Assembly (NCBI GenBank): GCA_030626645.1 | Contig: DAOUTP010000001.1 | Span: forward strand, 4,719-68,718 | Length of the DNA: 64,000 bases | Direction: 5' to 3' | DNA from: Candidatus Cloacimonadota bacterium | GTDB taxonomy: Bacteria > Cloacimonadota > Cloacimonadia > Cloacimonadales > TCS61 | Part shown: positions 1-11,554 of the stretch, piece after piece | Numbering within the stretch: position 1 is the stretch's first letter | Layout of the letters: each line of letters starts with the position of its first letter | Translations under genes and position numbers: made by a program | Notes under the pieces: generated by a model | What the model saw: only the letters and a program-made list of their open reading frames with translations | What the model was told of the DNA's origin: nothing | Database searches by the model: none

Positions 1-3000
1 TTCTTGCATCTTGTTTGGCTTCTTCTGAACCAAATCCAAGTCCTTTTAATTCTTTTTCAAGAGATATTTCTTTTTTCTTCAATTCTTTGTACTGTCCGAA
101 TACCTCTCTCGCAGAACGAACATACCCGGATAAATCATTTATTTTCCTTCCACGTACCAGTTCTGTCTTATATCTCAACACCCTATCAACACTTGATACT
201 GTTTTTTTGACAGTTTCCTTTTCTTGAATTATTTCTTGTTTTGCTTGTTCCGCTATTATTTTTTCCTGATATTTTGCTGTTGCATTATCTATAATATCTA
301 ATGCTTCTTTCAGATATGAGGAAAATGTTTGTTCGGTTAATGGTTCTCCTTTTACACCTCTCTTTTTAGGTTGTGCAGCTATTTTATTAACTATGGTCAA
401 TAACTTGTTAAAATCAGATTTTTCAAATATACCTTTATTGGTTTTAATATGGGAAGTTATTTCTTTTACACCTTTGGCAATATCTTTTTTACCTTTTTTT
501 AAGTCAGTTAATTGATTTTTTAACTTAATTATGTTAGTTAATTTCTCTTTTCCAATTAATTTTTCCTTTGAAACTTCTTCAGATAAGGCTTCGTTAATAT
601 CTTTATCTGTTAACTCATACCCATAACCTTTAAATATTTTCTTTACCGCTTCGACCAATTCAGTTCCAACCACATCTAATTCAAGCTGTATAGCCTTTGC
701 CATCTTCTTGATAGCTTCCATTAGTTTAGGTGCTTTTTCGCCTTCTACGCCTTTCTTTACTCCTATAATTTCAGCAATATCACTCATTGCTTCAGAAGCT
801 AAGTCTTTAGCCTTCGCTTTCTTGAATTTTTTAGTTTCTTCTTTTCTTAATTGCTCTAACTTTAGTTGATATTCTTTATTTACAATACTTGTTTTACCTT
901 GGCCTACTAAAGTTTGAAGCTCTATTATTGATTTTGATTCCTGAATAAGTTGGGATTCGGTTTTGGGTTTTACAGGTTCTTTTTTCTTTTGTAATTCAGG
1001 GTAATCTTTTAAAACTTCTTTTGGTATTTCTTTACCTTTGGCAATTGCATTTACTATCCCATTGAAGTGATATGCTTCTGATAATTCATTATCTGAATTT
1101 TTATATTCCTCCCTTGTCATTTCCCAAGGTTCCTTTTCTATTTTTTCTTTTGGTGGGGCTTTTGGTGGCTTCTCCACTTGGGAAATCTGTTCAGGCTTTA
1201 CTTCCTCTGCGGTTACTGGCTTCGCTTCTTCTTTTAAAGAAACTATTTTTCCCTCTTTAGGTTTTAATTCTTTTTGTACTTTTCCAGATAAATATTCTTC
1301 TCCTTTAATATCTTTAATCAATTTTTCAAAGAGTTCCCTTTGATGTTCTTTTTCTGATATTAGAACTTCATTTCCATCCTCTTTTTTTAATTTACCTAAT
1401 TCATTGCTAATTTTCTCAATCTCTGCATTTATCAATGCTTCATTAAGCAATATATCTTTTTCTGATTCTATTTTTAATTCATCAGGTACAAGTACTTTTG
1501 GTAAAAGTTTAGCTTCTTCAATAATTTTATCAAATTGTTCTCTATACTCCTGATATTCTTTTTTCTTTAAAACATCTTCTTTTTTATATTCCTTTTGAAA
1601 TTCTGTTTTCGGTTCACCTGAAACTTTTTTAGTTTCTTTAAGTTGCTGTTCTGCTAATTCCAATTTTCGTTCAATATCCTTTATGGCCACTTCATCAGCA
1701 CCTTCTTCTTTTAATTTAAAAAGTTCCTTACTTAATCTTTGAATTTCCTTACCTGTTATATCTCGGTTCCACTCAGCACTTGATATTTTTTTAGCAAGTC
1801 CAATATAATAATCCTTTGTGCTTTGTGAAATATTAGAATTATTAATATCTTTAATATATTGTTCTGGATTTTCTTTTATCTTATCCATTACAACTTTAAT
1901 ATCAACAAAACGTCCAAGTCCTTCTCCTGCCATTTTATCTTCCGGATTATCACTTTTCCCAAGTTCATATTGACGTTCTCGCATTTTCTCAAGATGTTCA
2001 GGTTTTAACTGAATATCTCTTACCCTTCTTAAAAGTCTCTCCGAAGCTGTATGGTAGTTTGCCATGGCATTGAATCCAAGAGCCTGTGCAACGCCTGGTA
2101 GGGCTAAAACACCACCAAGCATAGCTGACTGTCTTTGTTCTTTAGGTGTGCCACCCATAGCGGCTGTAACCATAGCAAATCCGGTTGAATTTATTGTTGC
2201 TGTTGCCAATAATTGTTCCATTGGACTTGCACCCATCTCATTCATTATAGCTCTTGCTTGAGCAATAGGATAATGAAGTAACTCAAACATCATACCTGTT
2301 GTAAAACCTTCTGTTCCGGCTATTACTGAAGCACCGACATCTTCTGTTTGTTGATATGTTTCAGCAGCAGAACCTAATCCAAGTACAAAGGGAAGTTTAG
2401 GTAACTCAACTACAGCTTTACCTGTCAAAGTATTTACCATACCCATTCTTAAAGGTGGAAATAAAGCTATTTCTGCTATAAGTCCATTTATTGCACCACC
2501 TTCTCTGAATGCTTGTTCAACTGTACCTTGAGCTTCAGGAAAACCTTCTCCTTGCTTTTCAAACATTTCTACAACTGGGCCTAAAACTCCATCACCAGCA
2601 TCAACTGCACCTCCGGTAGCCCAATTCAAACTCTTACTAATAGCCTTCTCTACTCCATTGGATTTTCTGAAAAAACTTGCCGAACCTTCATTGACTCCGG
2701 CAGCAGTTTGTGTTAATACTGAAGCAAGATATGAATCTGTCATAAAATCCTGAACAGCTTCAACATAAATTGTAGGAACATCAATACCCATGATTTTTGA
2801 AGTATAATCACCTTTATATTCAGGTGTTTCATCTTTTTCTGTAAGTTTAAGCTGCTCTTTCTCTTGAAAAATAAGTTCTGTTATCTCTTGCTGTTTTTCT
2901 TTACTGTAAAAATATTCTTTGAAATTATCTTTATATTGTTCGACCTTGATTAATTTTTGTCTGTCTTTCTCAGGATCACCACCTGCCAAAAGTTTCTCAA

Positions 3001-3305
3001 TATCTTCTGTGTCCCTTTTAGCTAAAAGCCTCTCAGGTTCACGTACTTGTTCCATCGGACGATCCATTTCACGTACTTCCGGTTTCCATTGATCAGGCAA
3101 CCAATCGGAAAAATCAAATTTAGAAACTTCACCACCAACAGAAATATCTTCGAAATCGACTTTTTTTTTATCCCATTTAATTGAATCAGAATTTACTCCT
3201 TCAAAATCAATTACATTAAACCCATCCTTTGATTTATCCCATTTAATTGAATCAGAATTTACTCCTTCAAAATCAACAACTTTATATTTTTTTTCGTCTG
3301 ACATT
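1..3305 (-). CDS. large virion protein, 3' end outside window (tape-measure / ejection-protein-like)
   Basis: Manual minus-strand translation from ATG 3305-3303 (MSDEKKYKVVDFEGVNSDSIKWDK...) stays open to base 1 (>1100 codons). It is absent from the ORF track only because no stop lies in the window. K/E-rich coiled-coil-like stretches plus a Gly/Ala/Met-rich hydrophobic core (GAVDAGDGVLGPVVEMF...FAMVTAAMGGT). Distal gene of the structural operon; function inferred from composition only. Confidence 0.8.
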
Positions 3306-3309
3306 ACTA

Positions 3310-5046
3310 TTATTTTTCAACATAATCTCCTATCTCATCATTCCAAACAAATTTAATACCATTAGGTAATGTTCCACTATCATAACCCCTATAATTTGGA
3401 TTTTTTTCTTTTGGAACTTCTTTCGGTTTTCCCTGAGTATGGTCTATCAATCCATTCTTTGAATACTCTATTGCCTGTGCTTTGTTTTTACCAAAAGATA
3501 TGTATTCCTTATTATCTTTAGCATATTTTTGAGCTTCTCTTAATTCTAATTCTTTTAATTCACCATTTTCTGTCTGAATAATAGTTGGGAAAACTATCCA
3601 TTCGCCATCTACAATTTCAGCAGCTAATTGGTGTGTTGCTTCCTTTCCTGTTTCTTTATAGTTTTCAATTTTAGGATACTTATCAGGGTTTAATGCTCTT
3701 TTAACAAAGTTTTTCTCTTTATTTTCTTCCGTAATTTTCTTCCAATCATTTTTAATTCCAAATATATTATTTATACCATTACTAACTTGTTTTTGCAACC
3801 AATTTGGGTTTTTTCCTGTCTTATCTAAATCTTTTTCCAAACCTTTATTAAGTATATCAGTAGAAGCCGTAATGTAATCATCTATTGTTTTATATTTTGT
3901 ACCAGCTTTATTAATAAGATAACCCTGAATTTCGCTATAAGGAATAAAACCTTCTTTCTTTTTTTCTTTTTTTACATCATCCAACTTTAGACTTGGCATA
4001 TTAATAGTTACACCACCTTTAGACTTCTGTTTATAAAATACAAGAGGTTCATACTTTGCAGTGCCGTCAGCAATTTTCTTATCAATATCCTCCGGTTTAA
4101 CTAATTTTCCATCATTATCAGTAACCATAACTTTTATTCCAGAAGTTTCAACATTTCCAATATCATCTATTGGAAATGATAGTGGATAACTAACAAAAGT
4201 GCCAACAGGATATTCCGTACTAATTGATTGTCCTTCTTCGGTTTTAGTTTCTTTAAATATACCAGGAAACATCTTTATTTCATCTTTTACAGAATAATAC
4301 TTTTCAAATGAAGTAGGTTCTGTTATTTTTTTCGATTCAACAGGAATTCTACCAGTTCCAATATAACTTTCCCATTCATCATAATTCCAACCAAATTTCT
4401 CTATTTGAGACTTATATTTCTTGAATGTAGAGACTGAATAGTCTATTTTAACTTGTTCAGGAACCATTCCCGCTTTAGTACCTTTATATAAATCATCTCT
4501 TATTTCAGACATATCAAATTTTTCAACCGGACGTGTTTGCTGATAACCCAATGTCTCCTGCCAAATATCTTCAATATTTTTTCCACTTTCTATTATTGCA
4601 CCTATTTTTTTAAATGAATCTTCTCTTGCATAATCCTCACCAATCAAATCAGCAGCTTTAACAGCACCTCCATACCATTTTTTTATTTCCTGAACTCTAC
4701 CAACTTGACTTGTAAGTTTTTCTCTCGCACCTTGAATATCTATCAACTGTTTAGCATTAAGCTGTCCACCTGAATCAACATATTGTTTTAACACATATTC
4801 ATCAAGTTTTTCTTTTTCTTCTATAATTTGTTCACGAAATCTTCCTTCTGTTCCTTTCAAAGAAACATCAATAAGTTTTTGAAATTGTTGTTGTTTAGAT
4901 TCTTCATCGGCAATTTCCATTTGTTTCACACGAGAAAGCGATCCTAATAAGTTTTGTAAACCTGCATCAATTCCACCCGATGTAAAATCCGCTCCACTTT
5001 TGAACCTATCATAATATCTACCTCTTGAACTATAATCTCTACGCAT
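3310..5046 (-). CDS. virion/tail-associated protein, function unknown
   Basis: 578-aa track ORF, co-oriented, 4 nt upstream of the next gene start, inside the structural operon. No motif recognised. Confidence 0.75.
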   Translation of the reverse strand: MRRDYSSRGRYYDRFKSGADFTSGGIDAGLQNLLGSLSRVKQMEIADEESKQQQFQKLIDVSLKGTEGRFREQIIEEKEKLDEYVLKQYVDSGGQLNAKQLIDIQGAREKLTSQVGRVQEIKKWYGGAVKAADLIGEDYAREDSFKKIGAIIESGKNIEDIWQETLGYQQTRPVEKFDMSEIRDDLYKGTKAGMVPEQVKIDYSVSTFKKYKSQIEKFGWNYDEWESYIGTGRIPVESKKITEPTSFEKYYSVKDEIKMFPGIFKETKTEEGQSISTEYPVGTFVSYPLSFPIDDIGNVETSGIKVMVTDNDGKLVKPEDIDKKIADGTAKYEPLVFYKQKSKGGVTINMPSLKLDDVKKEKKKEGFIPYSEIQGYLINKAGTKYKTIDDYITASTDILNKGLEKDLDKTGKNPNWLQKQVSNGINNIFGIKNDWKKITEENKEKNFVKRALNPDKYPKIENYKETGKEATHQLAAEIVDGEWIVFPTIIQTENGELKELELREAQKYAKDNKEYISFGKNKAQAIEYSKNGLIDHTQGKPKEVPKEKNPNYRGYDSGTLPNGIKFVWNDEIGDYVEK

Positions 5047-5057
5047 GTTTTTATTAT

Positions 5058-5738
5058 TTAAACAAATAATTCTTTATATGAATCTTCTTTATAATCAATC
5101 GGTGAATCCTGATAAAGTCCTGGAGTAGGTACTTTTCCTGTTTGTCCTTGATTTTCCCAAAACGCTTTCATAATACCAAGTTTATCTTTCATAAAATCCA
5201 TTTCAGTACCCATACCATAGGCAGTTAAGCCACTACCTATTCCACCGGTTATTTCCTGCCACAATGCAGCACTTCCTGTCATTCTTTCTTTTTCTGCTCC
5301 TATTTGTTTATCAATATCAAAATCTTCAATTCTCATTTCAGCAGGAGCTTTAGCTGATGTTAAAAATTGAGCTAACATCATTTTATTTCTTAATCGGGCC
5401 ATTTCATCCTCTACACCCAATTTCCTCACTCCTCCTGCTACATTAGCTGATAATTCAGCCAACAACCCCAATAATGCAGATGGACTGTCTATGACTTGCT
5501 TTCCGGCTGCTACGGTTGATGACATTGTTCCTTCAATATCTGATTTTATGGATTCAAAACCAGGAAGACCCTGTGTTGCCTGTTCTTCATACAAACCCTC
5601 TGCTCTCAATATACTTTCAGGCATGGTTTTCTCCAAACCCATAAGCATATCAGCATATTTATTGTGTTGAGACTTTCCGAAAATACCACCTACTATTTTA
5701 GGTACTGTTGCTATTGCTGCTAATGCTAATGGTCCCAT
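5058..5738 (-). CDS. Gly-rich hydrophobic virion protein (internal/ejection-like)
   Basis: 226-aa ORF. Hydrophobic Gly/Ala-rich N-terminus MGPLALAAIATVPKIVGGIFG and a second patch ITGGIGSGLTAYGMG. Tightly packed between tail genes. Confidence 0.7.
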   Translation of the reverse strand: MGPLALAAIATVPKIVGGIFGKSQHNKYADMLMGLEKTMPESILRAEGLYEEQATQGLPGFESIKSDIEGTMSSTVAAGKQVIDSPSALLGLLAELSANVAGGVRKLGVEDEMARLRNKMMLAQFLTSAKAPAEMRIEDFDIDKQIGAEKERMTGSAALWQEITGGIGSGLTAYGMGTEMDFMKDKLGIMKAFWENQGQTGKVPTPGLYQDSPIDYKEDSYKELFV

Positions 5739-5741
5739 AAT

Positions 5742-8700
5742 CTATACCTTTAAAGATTTTACTTCAACATTACTAAGAATCACTTCTGTTTGTTGAGTAT
5801 TAACTAATTTTATTTTCATAATTAAACCTACTAAATCATTTCCATTCAACAAATCATCTGCCGTTCCGGTTGATGATTTCATATTTTTTGCAAATTTAGC
5901 AATTTGTTTTCCTTTTACACCTTTAAACCTACCTGATTTTATTCGACTGAACATTTCACTTCTTGATCCGTTTTCAGGAATTATGATTTCTTCACATGCC
6001 CAAGTTCCGGCTGAATCAATAATAATAACCTTAAATGATTTATCTAAATTCCATTCTTTATTGATTACTACATTGATTTCCCAATCACGATCAACACCAT
6101 AAAATCTATTTCTTAAAACATTATCATTATGAAGCCAAAGCTGTCCTTGTATAAACGAAATAAGAGTTTGACCTATAAAAGCATAGTTTTCCGGTGCATT
6201 ATTACTTGCATCATATAAATCAAGATAACAATCCCATTCTTTGTCTTTTTCGGAATATACTATGGTTTCAAGAAATTTATTACTCGAACTGGTATAATCA
6301 CCTTTGAATGTAAAATATATTTTACCATTTTTATTATCAATACCGGTAAATATTTCAACATTTTCACATTCATTCAATAATGTTTTACAAGTTTCTTTTG
6401 TCCAATCTTTCACTCCTTCGTCTGATATTGCAATAGTTCCATTGCTTGCTTCACGAAGTATTGCTCCATTTTGTAAATCTACATAATATGAATATGTACC
6501 ATTGGAAGCAACAGATTCTGGGTTTTGACATCCCCATCGGGCTTCTGATTCATAAACTGTTCCAAGTACATTATCAGTTACAGCAACAATATCCCTGCCT
6601 TCTTCTGAAGCCTGACGTAATCCTGCCCTGCCAATATAAATACTACTTCTTTTATATAATTGTCTTACTCTTAGTGTATATCCAACTTCTTCTATTGATG
6701 TTATTCTTCCGAATTTACTTTTTAATGTGATTGAATCTTTATAACCAAACGTTGACAAATCGTTTGTTTGGGTGTCTTGAATTTTTAATCCACTAAATCT
6801 TCCTTTGGTTTCAAAACGTTGTTGTACCATATTTGCATCAACTATTCCAACCCTGCCTCTGCTCCAATAATTACTTTTGTAAAAATCAGAAAAAGAAAAT
6901 GATTCGACAGGGAAAACAGTATCAACTACACTTCTTAACCTTATATATATGTCTCCATACTTAAATCTTCCTTCTGCAGGTGTTCCATTAGATAATTGAT
7001 GTTGTGTTTCTCCTTGATGTAATCCACCAACTATTGCATATTCTTCACCAAATTCATAAAATATTCTATTTTCAGAATCAATTTCTTTTTTAGGACGATA
7101 TATTTCAACAACTACATAACCTCCACCATCAATTATTTGTTTTAAATTAACATCACCAGTATTAGTAGAAACCTTTTCAAAAGTAAAATCATCAACACAA
7201 AACACCATTTCTGATTTCTTTCGGATTTTATTACCGTTTTCATCTAATATAAATGCAGGTGCAGCAGCAGAATCTTTTTCATAAGAATTATCAGTTAATG
7301 TAGGATATGTATAATTTTGAATTTCAAAATCAAGTACTTCGGTAAAATTCAAAGGAATAAATGTAGTTAAATTAATACCTTTTCTTAAAAATCTTATTCT
7401 ATCACCCTTCCTCCATTCCCAAGATTCTAATTTAGATTTCTTATGTAATTCAGTAGTAAGTAAAATATTGCTATTCATTTCTACTTCTACCAACCCATTA
7501 ACCCTGCAAATATCTGCAATATTAAATTGAATAAAATCTTCAATAGTATTATTACCTGAACAATACCATTTATAATGAGTAGCCCATGATGGAGGAATAT
7601 GATTTATTTCCCATTGAATACGATTTGTTTTAGTATATATTGGAACAGAATTTAATTCCTGATCTAAAGGAATATAGATTTTAGTATCAATACTCACATT
7701 TAAAGCACCTGAACGATTTGCCCTATCAAAATATGTTATACCAAATTCATACCATGAACCAGATTTAAAACTTGTATAAATACTTGAACATCTATAAACT
7801 GCCCCTGTACATGTTTGATTTGTATCTGGTTCAGGAATATTGCCATCCTCATAAACTGAAATCCATAATACATTAACAGGATAAGTTTCATTAAAAGCAT
7901 AATAACCTACAAGATCATCTATTTGTGCTTCAAGATTTTCAAGAACTACTGAAATAGAATCACCTGCTTGAACTTTATAATATAAATTATAACTTACATT
8001 ATGATCAGCAGAAATATCAATTAAATTAATTTGATATACACTATCTTCGTATGCAAAACCATAATGAGTACCATCAATAGTCGGTAAAGTTACTTTCCAA
8101 AACCATCTATCTAACTCACTTGAATAATATTGATCCGTAATACTTAATAATATAATGGAAGTGTTTTCATAAGTAAAATCATTTTGAAAAACTGCTTCTA
8201 AATTTACACCAATCTCCACATTATCATATCCTTCGGTAATATCAGCATAAAGCAACCGATTTTTCTCAATAATTTCCTGATCACCTGCCAACTGAGGAAC
8301 ATAATCGAACAAACGTTCCGTATCTGCCTGATCTAAAACCAACCCAACTTCATTATTATAAAAATTATAATATACTGGATCAGAAGGAAGTATATAATTT
8401 CCTTCCTCATCATATTTATTGACTGTTTCAATCAGTTTCCAATGACCATAATTTCCTTCTCTTACAGCTATTTGTACTTTATGAACTTCTGTCGTACCTT
8501 TATCAAAAATTATTTGAATATAATTATTAAAACTTTCATCTTTAATATAAACACCATTAGCAAGTTCATCACCGGAAGGAAGTGCTATTCGACTGATTGG
8601 CGACCAAACTGATTTTTCTTTGTCATCATATATATAACAATACCTGAATTGCCACAACTTTCCCCTGATGTTGTTCACTAAAACATCAAGTTTGCTCATA

Positions 8701-9242
8701 TAAGCAAGCGTAGGAGCATTAGGGGGGGGGTATTTAATTACATCTAATATCTGTTCATCAATAGTAAGATATTGTGTCAACGGATTTTGTACAGGAAATG
8801 ATAAAGGATTAGCAGTATAAGCAATAGCTTTATTTATGTTAATTTTTCTTGGAGAATTAACACCATCAGTCCAATATAACAATCCACCAATCACATTCAT
8901 TGAATTTATATTTCCTTGCGGATAAAAATATGATGTTTTTAAAATTACTTCTATTTCTTCAGTACTAATATAATATCTACAAATAAATGAAATATAATCA
9001 TTTATAAAATATATTATAGCATTATTTTTATAATCAGGACAAGCACCAACGACCTTTGCAATTGAAGACAAAGATTCACCAAAAGGAATTTCCTTTGTAC
9101 CTTCAAGATTACTATATCCCCCATTCCATGTTCTAATGGCATTACGCACACTTTGAACATGCTCAGGTGAAACATATTTATCAAGCAAGTCAATATTCAT
9201 ACCCTTGATACCAATTAGCCGTATGTCGTTTACTTTACTCAT
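5742..9242 (-). CDS. large tail protein (candidate hub/receptor-binding component)
   Basis: 1166-aa ORF, the largest complete gene here. Its start overlaps the stop of 9239..9940. Contains the C9/G9 tract at 8722-8730 (KYPPPNAP). Role inferred from size and position only. Confidence 0.8.
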   Translation of the reverse strand: MSKVNDIRLIGIKGMNIDLLDKYVSPEHVQSVRNAIRTWNGGYSNLEGTKEIPFGESLSSIAKVVGACPDYKNNAIIYFINDYISFICRYYISTEEIEVILKTSYFYPQGNINSMNVIGGLLYWTDGVNSPRKININKAIAYTANPLSFPVQNPLTQYLTIDEQILDVIKYPPPNAPTLAYMSKLDVLVNNIRGKLWQFRYCYIYDDKEKSVWSPISRIALPSGDELANGVYIKDESFNNYIQIIFDKGTTEVHKVQIAVREGNYGHWKLIETVNKYDEEGNYILPSDPVYYNFYNNEVGLVLDQADTERLFDYVPQLAGDQEIIEKNRLLYADITEGYDNVEIGVNLEAVFQNDFTYENTSIILLSITDQYYSSELDRWFWKVTLPTIDGTHYGFAYEDSVYQINLIDISADHNVSYNLYYKVQAGDSISVVLENLEAQIDDLVGYYAFNETYPVNVLWISVYEDGNIPEPDTNQTCTGAVYRCSSIYTSFKSGSWYEFGITYFDRANRSGALNVSIDTKIYIPLDQELNSVPIYTKTNRIQWEINHIPPSWATHYKWYCSGNNTIEDFIQFNIADICRVNGLVEVEMNSNILLTTELHKKSKLESWEWRKGDRIRFLRKGINLTTFIPLNFTEVLDFEIQNYTYPTLTDNSYEKDSAAAPAFILDENGNKIRKKSEMVFCVDDFTFEKVSTNTGDVNLKQIIDGGGYVVVEIYRPKKEIDSENRIFYEFGEEYAIVGGLHQGETQHQLSNGTPAEGRFKYGDIYIRLRSVVDTVFPVESFSFSDFYKSNYWSRGRVGIVDANMVQQRFETKGRFSGLKIQDTQTNDLSTFGYKDSITLKSKFGRITSIEEVGYTLRVRQLYKRSSIYIGRAGLRQASEEGRDIVAVTDNVLGTVYESEARWGCQNPESVASNGTYSYYVDLQNGAILREASNGTIAISDEGVKDWTKETCKTLLNECENVEIFTGIDNKNGKIYFTFKGDYTSSSNKFLETIVYSEKDKEWDCYLDLYDASNNAPENYAFIGQTLISFIQGQLWLHNDNVLRNRFYGVDRDWEINVVINKEWNLDKSFKVIIIDSAGTWACEEIIIPENGSRSEMFSRIKSGRFKGVKGKQIAKFAKNMKSSTGTADDLLNGNDLVGLIMKIKLVNTQQTEVILSNVEVKSLKV

Positions 9243-9940
9243 GCTTTTGGCCCCATACTATATCCCGAACGTATTGCATCAAGCAATTCACTAATTGTAA
9301 AACTTGACTTTCTTTGCACATACCGGGCATATTGATGATTATATAATTCAGCAGTTCTAAGTTTTGAATTTATTCCTGCCTTTTGATTATTCTCTGTAAT
9401 AATCCAATTCAAATATGATTTTAATAATGGGAGCATATCTCTTGGAACATAAGTCTTTTCAGACAATACTATTCCTGAAGAAACATATTCAATATATATT
9501 TCCATTCCCTTCATATTACCATAAAATATTATTCTTCGATTTGCTATATCAATTCTATATTCCCCGAAATTTATTCCACCACCTGCTGTGTAATCCTGCC
9601 AGACAGGCACCTCGATTTCACCAGTCTCATCTCTTATTTCAATAGCATTAATTGTTTCAGAATTGAACGCAATACTTTTATTTTCTGTCAATGTCCAAAT
9701 TTTTCCTTCATATAAAACTCCTATCTTAATATAATCAATATAATCAGGAGGAAGTTTTACCATATTATTAGAATTAACAACAGCATGATAAGGTTTTGGT
9801 ATTCTTACAAGATTAATATTCAAATCTGTATAACCTTCAACAATAATTCTAAGATACCTTCTATAATTCTCTAAAGATTTCTCATCCCTTTCATTAAGAA
9901 AAGAATCCACTACTTGTTCTATTGTTATTAATGCTTTCAT
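9239..9940 (-). CDS. structural (connector/baseplate) protein, unassigned
   Basis: 233-aa ORF with overlapping start/stop on both neighbours (translational coupling), structural operon. Confidence 0.75.
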   Translation of the reverse strand: MKALITIEQVVDSFLNERDEKSLENYRRYLRIIVEGYTDLNINLVRIPKPYHAVVNSNNMVKLPPDYIDYIKIGVLYEGKIWTLTENKSIAFNSETINAIEIRDETGEIEVPVWQDYTAGGGINFGEYRIDIANRRIIFYGNMKGMEIYIEYVSSGIVLSEKTYVPRDMLPLLKSYLNWIITENNQKAGINSKLRTAELYNHQYARYVQRKSSFTISELLDAIRSGYSMGPKA

Positions 9941-10209
9941 TACGTAACGTATGTATAATAATCTAATTCAGTTAACTCAGGAATAGCACTACCGGCCGAT
10001 AACGTTATTGTCTCAACAACATCCAATCCACCAGCCAGTAATTCACCATAGACCGCAACTGTAACTGTTGTTGCACCAAATGTTATAACAAAATCCCTCA
10101 AATTTTTATAATCTTTGAAAGTTAATTTTTCAATCCAATCATAAAATAGCTCCCTATATTTACTATTGGAAGAATTTGTATATCTTATTTTTTTCCCAAA
10201 TGTATTCAT
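9940..10209 (-). CDS. small structural protein, unassigned
   Basis: 89-aa ORF, 1-4 nt overlaps with flanking genes. Confidence 0.65.
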   Translation of the reverse strand: MNTFGKKIRYTNSSNSKYRELFYDWIEKLTFKDYKNLRDFVITFGATTVTVAVYGELLAGGLDVVETITLSAGSAIPELTELDYYTYVT

Positions 10210-10781
10210 TTTGTTTTATCAGAATTATCATTTGTCATTTTATCCACAGGAATACCCAAAGCTAAACTCAATACCATTTCAATCAACTTTTCATTCATTC
10301 CGGCAGGAATATAAACTTGTTCATCCTCATCAATAGCCTCAAACGGCCTCACTATTCTCATCAATAACAAAGAATTTGTACTAAGTTTTGAATCATATTC
10401 TATTCTATTATTCCTAATACAATAACCAATTACCGATGTTATAGATTCATCATTCAATATTGACATCGCTACCGTTGTCATTGGCACAAATTTGATACCC
10501 TTTTCTTTCATCAAACGAATATCTCTCACTCCTTCTCCTGCAACAGGAAGCTGTACTATCGCCACAGGTAAAGTAGAATAATAAACATCTTGTGCTGAAT
10601 CATAATCCACATTAACATCAGAATAAGTCTTTGTGAATAAATCCAAATTACTTATATTTGCCCTAAATAACGGAAACAACAATTCATTAAAAGCCTGCCC
10701 AATATACATTGCCATCATTTGAGGTAACATCTTTTTAGGAAGCCTCTTATTTATAATTTCTATGAGTTGTATTTTTGTCAT
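10206..10781 (-). CDS. structural (head-tail joining?) protein
   Basis: 191-aa ORF, 4-nt overlaps on both sides. Confidence 0.7.
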   Translation of the reverse strand: MTKIQLIEIINKRLPKKMLPQMMAMYIGQAFNELLFPLFRANISNLDLFTKTYSDVNVDYDSAQDVYYSTLPVAIVQLPVAGEGVRDIRLMKEKGIKFVPMTTVAMSILNDESITSVIGYCIRNNRIEYDSKLSTNSLLLMRIVRPFEAIDEDEQVYIPAGMNEKLIEMVLSLALGIPVDKMTNDNSDKTK

Positions 10782-11554
10782 TCTTTCGATTTTTTATCAG
10801 CATATTGTACCTTAATAAACTCATTATCCTTCGCACTTGCTTTCTCAACTAATAAATTAGCAATATTTTGATGTTCCTTTGTATCCCATTCAAGTTCAAC
10901 TGATATTGAATTATAAGTACCTGGAGGACTTGTAGAATGTGTAACATCATAAGCAACAATATTACCATTTTCATCTAATAATACCGTGTTACTTTTAACA
11001 TAAACAATTTTATATCCGGGAGGCATATAAATTTCTTCATCATCGGAACTAATACAATAATCATATATAGGTACAGCAGGATTTTTTAAATAAATAAATT
11101 TACCATGAAATGTTGCATTTGGATAAACCTGTATTGAATCATCTAAAATAACTCCAATAGGAAATTCATCAATCGGGGGAGAAAGTAAATCATTAATACG
11201 ACTGTCAATTTGCTCACTCTCTAATATTTCAACAGGTTTATAAATATTACTTCCACCGGCAAGAAAATTAACACTAAGAGCTAAAACGTATCTAAAATCA
11301 ACAGGTAGTGGATATAACCCTAATCCAACTCCATCAGTTTTTTCTTTAATTATAAAAACTCTTAAAGGAGATGAATTTATCAAATCATTAATACCTTGTA
11401 TTTTTGCCTGAAAATAATTTTTGTATTGTTGTTCATAATACTCATTATTAACAACTTTTATAAACATATTAAATAAATCCGGTTTAAAATCACCCCCGGT
11501 TTCATCAGAGTTGCTTATAAAATTACAATATTGTTTTATCTCACCTAAATTCAT
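10778..11554 (-). CDS. structural protein, unassigned
   Basis: 258-aa ORF, coupled to neighbours. Confidence 0.7.
   Translation of the reverse strand: MNLGEIKQYCNFISNSDETGGDFKPDLFNMFIKVVNNEYYEQQYKNYFQAKIQGINDLINSSPLRVFIIKEKTDGVGLGLYPLPVDFRYVLALSVNFLAGGSNIYKPVEILESEQIDSRINDLLSPPIDEFPIGVILDDSIQVYPNATFHGKFIYLKNPAVPIYDYCISSDDEEIYMPPGYKIVYVKSNTVLLDENGNIVAYDVTHSTSPPGTYNSISVELEWDTKEHQNIANLLVEKASAKDNEFIKVQYADKKSKE

Noticed and set aside
228-3305. The ORF track shows no long ORF over 3 kb of obviously coding-looking sequence, which suggested stop-codon reassignment (as in some gut phages).
   Set aside because: Manual translation of the minus strand from ATG 3305 is open under the standard code all the way to base 1. 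The ORF is missing only because its stop lies outside the window. All other long genes also read cleanly with the standard code.
6304-6730. Plus-strand ORFs 6304..6486 and 6446..6730, and similar antisense ORFs (9415..9645, 13699..13893, 15471..15716, 16396..16694, 19405..19593, 19996..20367, 20821..21033, 27819..28235, 49508..49919, 54314..54598, 55492..55830).
   Set aside because: They lie entirely inside long minus-strand genes. They are rich in Phe/Leu/Ile from antisense AT-rich codons and have no promoter box or coupling. They are typical shadow ORFs.
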